A DNA stretch of 50,098 bases from a virus (Duplodnaviria > Caudoviricetes), in the IMG/VR virus record IMGVR_UViG_3300044756_000004, positions 1 to 50,098 of that record, one strand, 5' to 3'. The position numbers and the translations under genes were made by a program. Below the pieces are notes generated by a model, which made no database searches, was not told the origin of the DNA, and saw nothing but the letters and a program-made list of their open reading frames with translations. Positions 17,858 to 28,876 of this stretch are shown here, in pieces; the stretch's first letter is position 1; each line of letters begins with the position of its first letter.

Positions 17858-17947
17858 CGCACGCAATGCAGGCTTCTGGACTGGAGCACTGGCAGGAAGT
17901 TTTGGCACCTTTGTTCTCTGCCTACTGTTGGGGTTCTATTTCTCAAG

Positions 17948-18097
17948 TTGACTGATTACGCTGCCATCCTTGATGTATACTCCATCGAAGAACTACTGGA
18001 ACTAAACGACCTTACTACAGAAGACTTACTTATTTATTTAGTTGAGGAAGGGTATCTTTCTCTTCCTTCTATCAAACCTTTAGAGTTCGATGATTAA
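17948..18097 (+). CDS. Small acidic protein (49 aa, ...YSIEELLELNDLTTEDLL...)
   Basis: Read manually; TTG start; helical acidic composition. Confidence 0.5.
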   Translation: MTDYAAILDVYSIEELLELNDLTTEDLLIYLVEEGYLSLPSIKPLEFDD

Positions 18098-18207
18098 GAA
18101 AACAAAACACCCGACGAACAAGCTTGAACGCCGGGTTATTGCAAAGAAGAAAATACATTCTAACGCTTCCCCTGTTTATTTGCTCCTTAAAGAGAAGGAA
18201 GAACAAG

Positions 18208-18414
18208 ATGCGTCAGCTTCGAAACATCGAGTGTTATCTGTCGGACGCGAACCTACGTGATGCAGTGTCGGGTCTTCTCTACACCCTGAACATCGTCCGT
18301 GACAATGAGATCATCGTTTCTCTTACTGTCGGTAACTCTGATGCCGAAGGTATCCGACCCATCAGCTTCACTTGCATTGAAGAGAAGGAGACTATGCTTG
18401 TAGTTCATAAGTAA
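18208..18414 (+). CDS. Small hypothetical protein
   Basis: AAGGA RBS before MRQLRNIEC. Confidence 0.6.
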   Translation: MRQLRNIECYLSDANLRDAVSGLLYTLNIVRDNEIIVSLTVGNSDAEGIRPISFTCIEEKETMLVVHK

Positions 18415-18454
18415 TTAATTTAAATTAGGGCCATTGCCCTAAGAAGGAAAAGAA

Positions 18455-18646
18455 ATGACACATGAAAACACGATTCCCGCTGACATCAATATTCCGGTCG
18501 ATCTCGTCGAAATTCTCGATGAAGCAGGCAACCCCACCGGGCAGTACCGAATTGCCCCCGTGGACGGAGCAACCTATAGTGACGGTGAAACCCCATACGA
18601 GGGGACCACGGTCACGGAAGACACCCCCGATCACGTCGTCCACTAA
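18455..18646 (+). CDS. Small acidic protein
   Basis: AAGGA RBS; 63 aa. Confidence 0.6.
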   Translation: MTHENTIPADINIPVDLVEILDEAGNPTGQYRIAPVDGATYSDGETPYEGTTVTEDTPDHVVH

Positions 18647-18656
18647 TTTATCATTG

Positions 18657-18802
18657 TGATGTGTTGAGGATTTGGTGGGGTGACCGTCCGAGCGCCTTAA
18701 GCAGCAGCGTAGACCCCTCCACAGAGGACACCTCTGACATATAGGTTGAAATCCGGCACCGTACTAGTTATCGGTAAAAGTTCGGAATTCCTATTCACAT
18801 CA
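18657..18802 (+). ncRNA. Candidate ~150-nt structured RNA
   Basis: Closing stem TGATGTG/CACATCA enclosing several helices; terminator immediately downstream. Confidence 0.45.
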
Positions 18803-18808
18803 ACGAAG

Positions 18809-18846
18809 AAGGAGCTAGGTTATCTCCGTTTCCTAGCTCCTTTTTC
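18809..18846 (+). terminator. Rho-independent terminator
   Basis: AAGGAGCTAGG-loop-CCTAGCTCCTT followed by TTTT. Confidence 0.8.
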
Positions 18847-18858
18847 TATGGAGGTATT

Positions 18859-19551
18859 ATGTTAGGTAGGAATAAGTATATTAAAATTCGTCGCGAATAT
18901 TTCGGTGAAACTTCTTTAGAAGCTTCAAATAATTTCATTAAATATAAGAAAGTAAAAATGAGACTTGATTCTCTTAAGTGTAAAAAAGTTGAATTAGTTG
19001 ATTGCCCAACGGCACAACCAACTCCGGTCTGGAATACACCTATGCCCGGCTGTTGTTCAAAAGAAGAAGGGAAAACCCCCATGCGTTACAATGACAACTA
19101 TGCTCATGCTTCCGTCACTGCTCCTCAGTCGGATACGGCTGTGACTCGTGACTATCTCAACGGTCGTTTGGTTCAGGCTTTCGGTCTGAAGGAACGGGAG
19201 TTTCATACGATCTTCAATCTCTACGTCGATAATACTCCTAAGACTTATAAGGAGATGATCGACGCAATCAAGAATGATAAGTTCAAGATTGATCCGAAGG
19301 TTGAACGTCGTCTGGCTGATGCTGAAGACGATAAAGATGAAGATTCCTTCCGGTTCTACGGACCGATGTCTGGCATTATCTGGGATGGCCCGCAGCCTGA
19401 CCGTAAGGGTTACGAGGCTGCGTGTACTGAGATGGACAAGCAGTACAGGAAGGCCAATGATGCTGTGATGGTGAAGTCGGCTGAAGACGGTCTGGCTGCC
19501 ATTGAAGCGTTCGAAGCTTGGCTGCCTACGAAGGCTGACACTGCCCAGTAA
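18859..19551 (+). CDS. Hypothetical protein (alternative start 19081)
   Basis: GGAGG RBS at 18859; AT-rich 5' part, GC-richer after MRYNDNY. Confidence 0.75.
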   Translation: MLGRNKYIKIRREYFGETSLEASNNFIKYKKVKMRLDSLKCKKVELVDCPTAQPTPVWNTPMPGCCSKEEGKTPMRYNDNYAHASVTAPQSDTAVTRDYLNGRLVQAFGLKEREFHTIFNLYVDNTPKTYKEMIDAIKNDKFKIDPKVERRLADAEDDKDEDSFRFYGPMSGIIWDGPQPDRKGYEAACTEMDKQYRKANDAVMVKSAEDGLAAIEAFEAWLPTKADTAQ

Positions 19552-19599
19552 GGGCCAACAAGATTAGAGGAACCAACCTCTAACGATCAGCGCAAAACT

Positions 19600-19635
19600 A
19601 AAGCCCCTAGGGATTTCTCCTTAGGGGCTTTTTTT
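19600..19635. terminator. Bidirectional terminator between the converging arms
   Basis: AAAGCCCCTAGGGA-loop-TCCTTAGGGGCTTTTTTT, A-rich on the left flank. Confidence 0.85.
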
Positions 19636-19655
19636 GTGCCTAAATTGGTAGAATG

Positions 19656-20132
19656 TTACTGTTCGGGTAAAATTAACTTATTTCCGGGTTCATATTTACG
19701 AAAGTAATCTTGAAGTTCTTCTTTAGAATGTTGTTTCAAATTAAATTCGGAGGGTTTAAAAGACCAAGTATTGTCTTCTTGTTTATTCCATTGTCCACCG
19801 GGAGTAGAGTCTGTACTATATTTACTTTCATTGGAGAAAGTAATGTGATTGGGAAGTTTAAATGTATCTGGGTAATGTTGCCCCGGAGACATACGTGCAT
19901 CGGGATTAGCTTGTTTCCAACCATCATAATCGTAATCAGGAGTAGAAACTTTATCCGAAACTTCAATGCCACCAAGTTCTTTAAGCTCGATATCTTCTAA
20001 TTGTTTGTTCTGTTGCTGTATCTGAGGAGTGACAATCATCTTGTCATCTACATCCTCTGGAACAATCCAGTCTGATGCTACCTGATGAAATTCATCATCA
20101 TAAAAGGCACCTTTAGAATCACCTATTGTCAT
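19656..20132 (-). CDS. Hypothetical protein
   Basis: 158-aa ORF, last gene of the late arm. Confidence 0.7.
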   Translation of the reverse strand: MTIGDSKGAFYDDEFHQVASDWIVPEDVDDKMIVTPQIQQQNKQLEDIELKELGGIEVSDKVSTPDYDYDGWKQANPDARMSPGQHYPDTFKLPNHITFSNESKYSTDSTPGGQWNKQEDNTWSFKPSEFNLKQHSKEELQDYFRKYEPGNKLILPEQ

Positions 20133-20377
20133 CGTGCTTTATATCCTTTGTGCGGAGGTTGTCTCTTTCGGTTCGCGCGTCTAGAAGTAACCTTAGTAGG
20201 TACATGATCGAGACTACCAGTAGGATGATACCCAACGTGATCAAGTTCTTTTTTATCACCTTTGTGTACCAAACCTTTCTTCATGGCCTTATAGCGTGCA
20301 CGACCTCTAGCGGCACGTCGTTTCTTCTGTATAGCAGTAGACTCCCATGCGTTTTCTTTAGGATAATTACGTGCCAT
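20129..20377 (-). CDS. Small basic HNH-like protein
   Basis: RNYPKE...RRAARGRAR...KGDKKELDH...SRRANR. Confidence 0.6.
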   Translation of the reverse strand: MARNYPKENAWESTAIQKKRRAARGRARYKAMKKGLVHKGDKKELDHVGYHPTGSLDHVPTKVTSRRANRKRQPPHKGYKAR

Positions 20378-22713
20378 TAGCGGAGAGTCCTAATAGGGGC
20401 ATCGATTGGTTGGTCTGACAGGTTCCCTGAGATAATGCCACGAGTCTGGTATGATTCAAGCTGAGGACGGTCCACAGGGGCCTGAGAGCCTGCTGGGTTC
20501 GTTATAAATGACTGGACGTCACTAGGTACCGGCTCAGGTGCAAACTTACTGGCGGGGCTAGAGCCTTTCTCGTTGATCTTATAACCACGACTAGAAATCA
20601 TAGCTCTCATAATCTGAGCAGGAACTCCTTCGATATCTTTAGTCGGAGAGAAGTTAGCAGCCTTGAGAGTCCTGAAGACAAACGCATCTACATTACTACC
20701 TTCAACCTTAGCTATCTCAGCGAGATTACCTAACACCATATTGAGGTTCTGAGTTACAGGATTATCTGTACCATTCTTATCACGAAGCATCAATCGGGTA
20801 TGCTTACTATCCCAAGATAGATCATAACTACCACCAGAATTCTTAACTAGCTCATTGATAGTACCGACTTGATTTCTAATCAATCCGACAGCTTCTCCTT
20901 GTGCCCAATTAGAATACTTAGGCCAAGCAGTGGGTTCAACAGAAGCAGCATGAGCACGGATAGCCTGTGTAACAGCAGGAGCAGTTAGTGTAGCAAATGC
21001 AGACGACCTACCTTGTACGACACGTCCTTTGGTATCGTCGTAATAGTCATCCATGAACTTACTAAGAACACCACGATTACTAGGATCGTAGAAGTATTTA
21101 ATTGCATTACTCTTAGCTTCAGGAGCAGCTGTAGGATCAGTAATGACTTTAGTTAATCCTGTTAGATTCTTATAAGCTTGTCCGGGCAACGGAGTGCCTG
21201 AGATATTACCAGCTTGACGCATCTCATCAATACTCTGAGAGAATGTATAAGTCTTACCATCGACACCTTTGTAACCACCAGTTTGTGCAACAGCTTGCTG
21301 TCCCATTTCTTTTATTAAAGGTTGGACATCAGTACTTAATCCTGCACCAAGCATTGACCCTACAATATCAGGAGCTAACTGAGGTATTAGTTTATTGAAG
21401 ACAGAAGCTGTTTGAACTCGACCGCCAACAGTAGGGTCTTTCAAAACCTTAAATGTAGCATTACGTTGAGTAGCTTCAGCAGCTTCACCTAATGTGTAAG
21501 CAGGTCCAACCTGTTTATTAAGAAGAAATTCACTTGTCTTTTCAAATAATGCTCCTACAGAAGAATTGATAATCTTCTTAGTTTCTTCAGGTCCTATGAC
21601 ATCTGCAACAGACTTACCTAACGTACCATCTGCTAGTTTAGGACGTGTATTCAAAAGCATAGCCGTCTGTGTATAAGTCTTGGCCTTAATAGCTTCGTAT
21701 TCTTGAGTTAACCCCCGATAAGCGTCATCGTTAGCACGTTCAGGATGGACAGTAAGTTCATACATTCTATCGGATATATCAGCAGCAGATCGTCCGTTTT
21801 GGGCAGAAAGCATTTGCTTGTTAGCAAACGCTATTGTAGCTGCGTGATTAGCTGCAGCAACAGCGTAATTAGTAGCATTAGTTATCTGTGTTTTGTCGTC
21901 TTGACTCTGAGACTCAAACTGAGCTTTCTTAAGAGCAAGAGCATTCAGCTGTCCTTGATTAAAGGACAACCACTGCATAACTTTATTACTATCACCAGTA
22001 GTTTTGTACATCTGAAGTACTTTGTCAGAGTCGGGGAAGCCGGAGTTACTGACAATCTGGTGTTCCCAGAAGGTTTGTTCTTTATTAGCATTAGCTGCAC
22101 GTTGAGCAATATCAGTACGAAGACTATTGACTAGTTCGTTAGCGATATCTTTACCAGTAGCCTTCTGCATTGTAGCATCGACGTACTCACGCCAACCGGG
22201 GTACGTAGCTCTGAGGTCCTTCAGCTGTGCGTACAGCTTCATATCAATCTCAGTGTTGCTAGGCTTACCTGAAGCCTGCGCAGCACCTAATCGCTCAACG
22301 TTCTTTAATCCTGCTGCCAACCCCGGAGGTACGTCAGGAGAATTAACATTAGCCATGATGTCTACCGGAGCACCGGGAGCCACTTCAGCCGTATCAGTGG
22401 CTGTTGCCGGAGCAGCAGGACCAAGCCCTGTAGGGTTAGCCTTGAGTTCCTTTAGTGCGTCGATGTATCCATCAGTCAATGGGTCTACACGACTATAGAC
22501 GTCGTTCTTGATGACACCCTTGACTGTACTGTCTGCTAGTTCCGCAATACCTTCAAAGGCTTTGCCTGCAGTGGCAAGAGCCATTCCTGCAGCTTTACCT
22601 GAATATTCCCCAGACTCATCTGCCTTCGGCTGTGATATAGGTTCCGAGTATCCCTTAAGGAAACTAGGCATCTTATCTTGGCCGGGAGCGACCTGTGGGT
22701 TTAATACGGCCAT
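20377..22713 (-). CDS. Putative internal virion (ejection) protein
   Basis: 778 aa, Ala/Gln-rich helical; position after tail genes. Confidence 0.65.
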   Translation of the reverse strand: MAVLNPQVAPGQDKMPSFLKGYSEPISQPKADESGEYSGKAAGMALATAGKAFEGIAELADSTVKGVIKNDVYSRVDPLTDGYIDALKELKANPTGLGPAAPATATDTAEVAPGAPVDIMANVNSPDVPPGLAAGLKNVERLGAAQASGKPSNTEIDMKLYAQLKDLRATYPGWREYVDATMQKATGKDIANELVNSLRTDIAQRAANANKEQTFWEHQIVSNSGFPDSDKVLQMYKTTGDSNKVMQWLSFNQGQLNALALKKAQFESQSQDDKTQITNATNYAVAAANHAATIAFANKQMLSAQNGRSAADISDRMYELTVHPERANDDAYRGLTQEYEAIKAKTYTQTAMLLNTRPKLADGTLGKSVADVIGPEETKKIINSSVGALFEKTSEFLLNKQVGPAYTLGEAAEATQRNATFKVLKDPTVGGRVQTASVFNKLIPQLAPDIVGSMLGAGLSTDVQPLIKEMGQQAVAQTGGYKGVDGKTYTFSQSIDEMRQAGNISGTPLPGQAYKNLTGLTKVITDPTAAPEAKSNAIKYFYDPSNRGVLSKFMDDYYDDTKGRVVQGRSSAFATLTAPAVTQAIRAHAASVEPTAWPKYSNWAQGEAVGLIRNQVGTINELVKNSGGSYDLSWDSKHTRLMLRDKNGTDNPVTQNLNMVLGNLAEIAKVEGSNVDAFVFRTLKAANFSPTKDIEGVPAQIMRAMISSRGYKINEKGSSPASKFAPEPVPSDVQSFITNPAGSQAPVDRPQLESYQTRGIISGNLSDQPIDAPIRTLR

Positions 22714-25700
22714 TATTGTTCTCTTTTATGTAATTGTTGATACGCTTCATCGTATATTTGACGTTTATCCGTTGGGATCAAAGACAGATAAAAACGATCT
22801 AGATTTTTAGCTAGTGTACCACGGTTCATTGTAGCCAATCGTTGGATAGCTTTAGCTTGCATTTCTAACGGAACCATTGCTGACTCCAGTTGGAAGAATG
22901 CATTAGTCATGTGTTTAATAGCTTGATCTCTATTACCGTTAAGGGCATCTTGCTGACCTAAATAAGCATAGTGTTCGAAGTCATTGATAGCACGTAGATA
23001 GTTCTGTTGACGTTCTTTGTTGATCTTATTACGTAGATACATATCGTCTTCTACGACGTCACGTAATCCACTTAATGTCCTGAACATAGCATCAATCTTA
23101 CCTATGTCATTAACAGGACGTCCGTGGCTATCAAGCCACTTACCAAAGGCTTCAGCGTAAATCATACGCCTACCCATCTTCCATGAATTGATGACATCAG
23201 GAGCTTGATACCAATCATCCATAGTTAACTTAAAGACTTTCTTATTAGGATCAGACTGAAGCTGACTATACATAGCTTGTGTAAACGGAGACAGACGAGA
23301 CAGCGTATCTCCAATCTTACTACCGACAGCACCAGTTAATATCTTCCAGAAAGGAACATCAGCTTCTAATAGATCACGAATAATTTGGTAACCACCGGGA
23401 CCGAAACGGTTATTGAAGTCATAATATGTTCCTTTAGCCATGTCACCGCCACCAGTGATAGCAGCACCAACCATAGACAGAGGACCTTCAAACACGAGTG
23501 TTGTGATCATATTCTTACCGGGGACATAGCCATTCTCAAGAGCCTTCTGACGCATCCAATCTCCACCGGGGATAAGCGTCAATCCTGTAGAAGTAACCAT
23601 ACCAAATAGCATACTGTTAATAAGGAACATCTTGGCACGTACTTTCATACGTCCAGCAAATGTCGGAGCAAGATTACGACTCCAGAAAACGTCTCCGACT
23701 TTCTTGATGTAATCAAAGAACATCATCGGAACACCAACCAATCCCTTATTAAGGATGGTATTTGCGTCACGACTCATCAGTGAATTAAGATAATTAGCCC
23801 TATAGAGTATCTGCCCTTCTTCGACCTGAGTAATCTTCTTGAAGGGATTCTTCTTTCTAAACTCATAGAAAGCAGTATAGTATGCACCATACCGGACATT
23901 CTGGTTAGCTAAGTCGAAGAAAATCTGACTACTACGAAGGAAACGTCCACCATCGCTGATAAAGAAGTTCTTCTTATGCATACCGTTGTCTAGTGATATA
24001 GTATTACCAATCACTCCGAAGCCACTACGATCTAAGAACTTCATAGCTTCAGTGAATTCACCGGGACGCCATCCAAACATAGTAGCTTTAGTATCCATTG
24101 CAGATACTACATTTGGTTTCTTATTGATACGGCTCCATTGATGCAACAAAGCTCCGAAGCTACCAGCTGCAGCATGATCGACATCTGCAAGAGCAAAGAT
24201 AGTTGCATACGCCATACTCTGTGCAGTCAACTGTGTCCAATTAAGCAATCCCAGAGTAGTATGGAATGTCATACCTCGTAGGAAATCTACTGGGGTACTG
24301 ACACGATCAAGTAACCATTCAGGAGCCAATAGAGGAGCCTTAATGACCTTACCTAACGTAGGAGCTTTATTAGAAACTGCAGCGATTGATCTACTAACTT
24401 CTGCTGCATATATAGCATCAGACATAGATTGACGTAGACCGTGCATCACAGTATCAATCTTACTAGGCTCTCCTAGGAAGTCTTTGATCTTATAACGATT
24501 AGTCTCTGCGTTGATACGACGTAATGCAGTATCTGGGTTATTCTTAAGCTTACCTTCTCTGAAATACCAGAAAGGAGAAGACCTTACCATTGCAATTGGA
24601 TTCTTCTCACTTATATCGAAAAGATCGATATTTTCTTGAATCCAATGTTCCGCTGCCGTGATCTTCATGTCATCCATATAGATAGAAGACACTGCACGTT
24701 CCATAGCTCTAGTAAGAGCGGTAATAGGATCAGTTAAACTAGCAGGACGGAATTCATAGAAAGGTTTAGCACCGCTACCCTTATTAAAGAACTCATTGAG
24801 AGCATAAGAGTCACGTGGCTGTGTGTAAGCAACTTGGAAGTTACGTGCTAGCGATCCATGTTTAGTACCATCAACGAATGTATTAGTAATCGTGCCAGCA
24901 CTATCAGTTTTAGAAAACTTATTAGATAATTCGTTATCTAAATCCGCAATAGTCTTACCCTTCGGGACAACTCTGAATTCCTGACGGGGATCAGTACTGA
25001 AACGCGGAGGTTGTATTTCACCAGTTACAGGATTTTTACTAGGTCGGAAGCCTGCATAGAGTTTCTTGAATTCAATATCAAAATGATCTTTAGCATAAGC
25101 CTTGACACCTTTGGCATCTCTAGCACGTATCAACCGTGCTATTTCATTCATGTGTTTAGCGAAGTCTTCACCTTGTGCACGACTGGTAACAAAACCAAAC
25201 GTACTATCACCTTCGTAGATATGTTCAAATCTGCTACTAACCTTCTGAGGACGAATGATAGCTTGCTTAACAGAATGATCGTAATCATACTCCCAGTGTC
25301 CACCACCTCGATAGCCAACTTGATCGTATGTAATAGGCTTAACCTTCATATTGTTACTAAAGATATAACGAATACGAAGGGTATTACCATCACTATCTAT
25401 ACGGCTGATCGGACGAGCTTCTGGGTTATATATCTGTCCGCCAGTAAATCTTCCATGATCAACAAGCTCACGGAAAGCTTCTTGGTTATCAGGGCTCATG
25501 TTATGCCAGTACTTCTCGCTTCCATCTGAGGAAACAATAAGCATCACATCGTCACCAATAGCAGGAACCTTATTTAGAAGCTGAGCTTCGAACCACGGAG
25601 AATCAGTGTTCTCTCCATCCTTATTGGTAGAGAATTGCATCTGCATCACACCCAACCGTGCCTTGTTACGATAAGACATAATTGAACGTAGCACATGATC

Positions 25701-28229
25701 GAAGTGATCAAGTCTAGTAATAGCGAGATAAGCAGACTGCTCTAATTCAGAAGCAGGACGGTTGTAATTAGCTAACCAATGGTTTTGTATTTCTTGGGGT
25801 GTCTGCATGTAGTACCCCGGAAGTTTAGTAACAGGGTCTTCTGCAGTCTGTGCAAATACTAATGCACGAGTGAAGTCTTTAGCAGGAGTACGCCCAACGC
25901 CTTTAAGATAAGTAACAGGGCGGTGAGTAATAAGGTCATCACGGTAAAGTTTTTCAACTGGAGCTATCTCTTGTTGGACAAACTCTAAGAACCTTGTTTG
26001 TCCGAAAACAGTCTTAGCTCGGTTTTCATTCTCTACAACAGACAAAGTGTCATAAGGATTACGGACCAAACCAATGATAGAATTACCTATTTTAGTAATT
26101 TCTCCGGTATCTTTATTACTTATACTCTTAGCTTTGTCTTCGATAATTAGTGCATCTCTGATGCGAGTTTTAACTTCATTCAGAGGAATAGTTACAACAA
26201 GATGGAAGCCCAACCCTTGTTGTTCAATACGAGCAGTTTGTTCAGCTACAAACTTACCAGTTTCAGTATCAATACCAATATGTCCGGGATGAGGAACAAG
26301 CGAAGGTTCAACATCTCCTTCAACAAATTTGTTATCACTGTAACCAATGGGTTGTCCCTTTTTATTAAGGAGAACCTCGGGCTGATAAGTAGTTACTTTA
26401 ACCTTCCCGTCTTTAACGGAAACTGCAGTACGACTGGGAATAGTTTCACCAGTCTCAGCATCTTTAGTAAAGAATAATGCTGCAGGAACGTAGACACGCT
26501 TAGGGACTTGCCCTTCTATTTGAATAGGATAGCCGTTAGTAATAGCGTGATTACGCGCAAGCTCAGGAGAACTAAACCGATTACCGTCGTAGTTACCGAT
26601 GTATACATCAATAGCTGTGGTATTCGAATAAGGTTCATAACGAGCGTCTGCATTAAGAATTGTATTTTGTTTACCGGGGAATAGTGATCCGATGTTATCG
26701 AGGATGTCTCGGTAACCTTGTTCTGCAAGAACAGGCGTACGCATCACACGTACACTTTCTGTTAATACATTGACAGCGCGATTCTCGTAGCCGTCTGCAG
26801 CACTCAGAAATCTTGTGTGTTGCTCTCTTGACAGGTCTCCCGGAGCATTGCGTATAAGATCAGTACGTGTTCGGTGTAAACTGAATAGGGTGTCTGTAGC
26901 GTCACGAAGAGGATCAGGTTGAGTAGTACTTACAATAGCCTTCTGTACCGCAGCCTCTCTGGTATCACCAGCACCCTCGGCAATCGTAGCCTTAGTAATC
27001 TTAGGAGAAGCAGAAGATTGAAGAACATCTGTAATAACCTTAGCCATCTGTTGAACCTGAGTCTCAGGAGGAACAGGACTACCGCGCAGGACTTCCTGCA
27101 CAGACATAGCACCTCTACCTAGATCATCAGATTCTAGTCGAGCTTGAGGGTGAAGATCAGGGCGTTCGACACCATTGACGACAACGCTTGTACTACCACC
27201 ACCGGGTGCAGGAGAAGGCCCACCTCTGGGACGGTATACACCATCAGGACCGGGGGCTAAGCCACCACGGTCTATAGGAGCAGCACGAGTGTTTCTTATC
27301 TGTCCTTTCGGAGCAACTAAGCCAAGTGTAGCAACATTAAGAACTTCCAGAGCACTATCGAGGAACTTATCACTAGTACTCATACCTACGACAGACTGGA
27401 CAAACTTATAAGCTAAGTCTTTATCGTAAGAACTAATGGCATTAGTAAGCCTATCCATCTCTGATTGGAATTGATCAGGAGGAAGCTTAAGAAGTTCCAT
27501 AGCTTTGTTGTCTAGGATATTACCTAGGAAGTCAACGCTATCTGTATTGAGGTTCTTACGAAGAACATATCCTTCATAGAAACCCAGACTAAGCAGTTGT
27601 TTAAAGTCTAGATCAGTAGGCGAACGATGTGTGATACCAAGAAAGTCTTTGAAGTTATATTGAGGTATCTTATCTAGTTCAGCCTTAAGATTCTCAGCTT
27701 TAGTTACAGCGTATTCTTTGTTAGAAAGAATATCACTTCCCTTATCGAAGTACGCCTTGACTGCTTCAGGGTTATTTATTTCAGCATCCGTAAGGATATT
27801 GTCAGGAATACGAGCAGCAGCTTCTTTAGTTGCATTGACGTACGCACGAGCATATGTCTGTTCGATGACTCCACCGGGACGTACTTCAGGAGGAGTTAAA
27901 GATGCGATATCATTAAGGGTAAGTGCAGAACCCTTATTAGCAGCGAGATCAATGATAGCCTTCTGACGGACTTCCATTGCACCAGCTGTGATATTAAGAG
28001 CAGCATTCTCTCGGAGAACAGACTCTTTACCACCAGCGATGTTACGATATATTTCGTCGTAGTCTTGTTTAACAATATCCCCCAGCCCCATATGAGCTTT
28101 ATAGGCACGTGACTGCGCAACCTCTTCATTAGGAGGCTGTGGAGGAGATATTCCTGTATCAATGTTTAGTATAGGTTGAGGCGGAGCGCTCTCAAGCGAA
28201 ATAGGCTGAGAGACTTCTTCGGGTTCCAC
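22713..28229 (-). CDS. Large putative internal virion (ejection) protein
   Basis: 1838 aa; position equivalent to T7 gp15/gp16. Confidence 0.7.
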   Translation of the reverse strand: MEPEEVSQPISLESAPPQPILNIDTGISPPQPPNEEVAQSRAYKAHMGLGDIVKQDYDEIYRNIAGGKESVLRENAALNITAGAMEVRQKAIIDLAANKGSALTLNDIASLTPPEVRPGGVIEQTYARAYVNATKEAAARIPDNILTDAEINNPEAVKAYFDKGSDILSNKEYAVTKAENLKAELDKIPQYNFKDFLGITHRSPTDLDFKQLLSLGFYEGYVLRKNLNTDSVDFLGNILDNKAMELLKLPPDQFQSEMDRLTNAISSYDKDLAYKFVQSVVGMSTSDKFLDSALEVLNVATLGLVAPKGQIRNTRAAPIDRGGLAPGPDGVYRPRGGPSPAPGGGSTSVVVNGVERPDLHPQARLESDDLGRGAMSVQEVLRGSPVPPETQVQQMAKVITDVLQSSASPKITKATIAEGAGDTREAAVQKAIVSTTQPDPLRDATDTLFSLHRTRTDLIRNAPGDLSREQHTRFLSAADGYENRAVNVLTESVRVMRTPVLAEQGYRDILDNIGSLFPGKQNTILNADARYEPYSNTTAIDVYIGNYDGNRFSSPELARNHAITNGYPIQIEGQVPKRVYVPAALFFTKDAETGETIPSRTAVSVKDGKVKVTTYQPEVLLNKKGQPIGYSDNKFVEGDVEPSLVPHPGHIGIDTETGKFVAEQTARIEQQGLGFHLVVTIPLNEVKTRIRDALIIEDKAKSISNKDTGEITKIGNSIIGLVRNPYDTLSVVENENRAKTVFGQTRFLEFVQQEIAPVEKLYRDDLITHRPVTYLKGVGRTPAKDFTRALVFAQTAEDPVTKLPGYYMQTPQEIQNHWLANYNRPASELEQSAYLAITRLDHFDHVLRSIMSYRNKARLGVMQMQFSTNKDGENTDSPWFEAQLLNKVPAIGDDVMLIVSSDGSEKYWHNMSPDNQEAFRELVDHGRFTGGQIYNPEARPISRIDSDGNTLRIRYIFSNNMKVKPITYDQVGYRGGGHWEYDYDHSVKQAIIRPQKVSSRFEHIYEGDSTFGFVTSRAQGEDFAKHMNEIARLIRARDAKGVKAYAKDHFDIEFKKLYAGFRPSKNPVTGEIQPPRFSTDPRQEFRVVPKGKTIADLDNELSNKFSKTDSAGTITNTFVDGTKHGSLARNFQVAYTQPRDSYALNEFFNKGSGAKPFYEFRPASLTDPITALTRAMERAVSSIYMDDMKITAAEHWIQENIDLFDISEKNPIAMVRSSPFWYFREGKLKNNPDTALRRINAETNRYKIKDFLGEPSKIDTVMHGLRQSMSDAIYAAEVSRSIAAVSNKAPTLGKVIKAPLLAPEWLLDRVSTPVDFLRGMTFHTTLGLLNWTQLTAQSMAYATIFALADVDHAAAGSFGALLHQWSRINKKPNVVSAMDTKATMFGWRPGEFTEAMKFLDRSGFGVIGNTISLDNGMHKKNFFISDGGRFLRSSQIFFDLANQNVRYGAYYTAFYEFRKKNPFKKITQVEEGQILYRANYLNSLMSRDANTILNKGLVGVPMMFFDYIKKVGDVFWSRNLAPTFAGRMKVRAKMFLINSMLFGMVTSTGLTLIPGGDWMRQKALENGYVPGKNMITTLVFEGPLSMVGAAITGGGDMAKGTYYDFNNRFGPGGYQIIRDLLEADVPFWKILTGAVGSKIGDTLSRLSPFTQAMYSQLQSDPNKKVFKLTMDDWYQAPDVINSWKMGRRMIYAEAFGKWLDSHGRPVNDIGKIDAMFRTLSGLRDVVEDDMYLRNKINKERQQNYLRAINDFEHYAYLGQQDALNGNRDQAIKHMTNAFFQLESAMVPLEMQAKAIQRLATMNRGTLAKNLDRFYLSLIPTDKRQIYDEAYQQLHKREQ

Positions 28230-28876
28230 TAGTAAATACTTCCTGTAATATTAAAGGGATTAAATCCACCGGAAGAAGAACTCTTCCCGAAGCCTTGTGA
28301 GAACTGTCCTACAATAGGACCAGCTTTCATTATACTTCCACCAAGGGATGTCAAACCTGCAGCTTCAGCGGACCTACCACTTGCGTCAGCCATATCACCA
28401 CCGAGGCTAGCCATCTGCATTCTATCTTGAGATATAGCGCTATTGAAGCCTGCTATCTTTCGTCCACTCTCTAGTGCGTTACTGACACCAACCTCATTAA
28501 AGAGACCTTGGTCAGCAATCTGTGCCATAGAGCCTTGGAAGCCAGTACCGAATTGAGCACCTTGGTTAACTGCGAGAGCTAATGACTGTGATCTTGCACG
28601 CTGAGTATTGCGCATATTCTCAAGTTGCATACGACGGCCTTCTAGTTCCATCTGCTGTTGCTTAACATCATTGATGCCTTGTTCTTGTTTAGCTACATCC
28701 ATAGAAACACCAGCTTGCTGTTTAGCAATCCTAGCTTTATCTTCTTCTGCACTCATACCCCCTAAACCACCAAAGATAGACATCCCCAGTCCGACTGCAC
28801 TAACGGCAGCACCAAATAAGTTTCCTGTACCAGCAGAGAGACCTACACCTGCTAATGATCCGAAATCAAAAGCCAT
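28229..28876 (-). CDS. Putative internal virion protein (gp14-like)
   Basis: Gly/Ala-rich hydrophobic N-terminus and Q-rich coiled coil; follows the nozzle gene. Confidence 0.65.
   Translation of the reverse strand: MAFDFGSLAGVGLSAGTGNLFGAAVSAVGLGMSIFGGLGGMSAEEDKARIAKQQAGVSMDVAKQEQGINDVKQQQMELEGRRMQLENMRNTQRARSQSLALAVNQGAQFGTGFQGSMAQIADQGLFNEVGVSNALESGRKIAGFNSAISQDRMQMASLGGDMADASGRSAEAAGLTSLGGSIMKAGPIVGQFSQGFGKSSSSGGFNPFNITGSIY

Noticed and set aside
22713-28229. Virion-encapsidated RNA polymerase
   Set aside because: No single-subunit RNAP motifs or DxDGD recognised; size and position fit an ejection protein.
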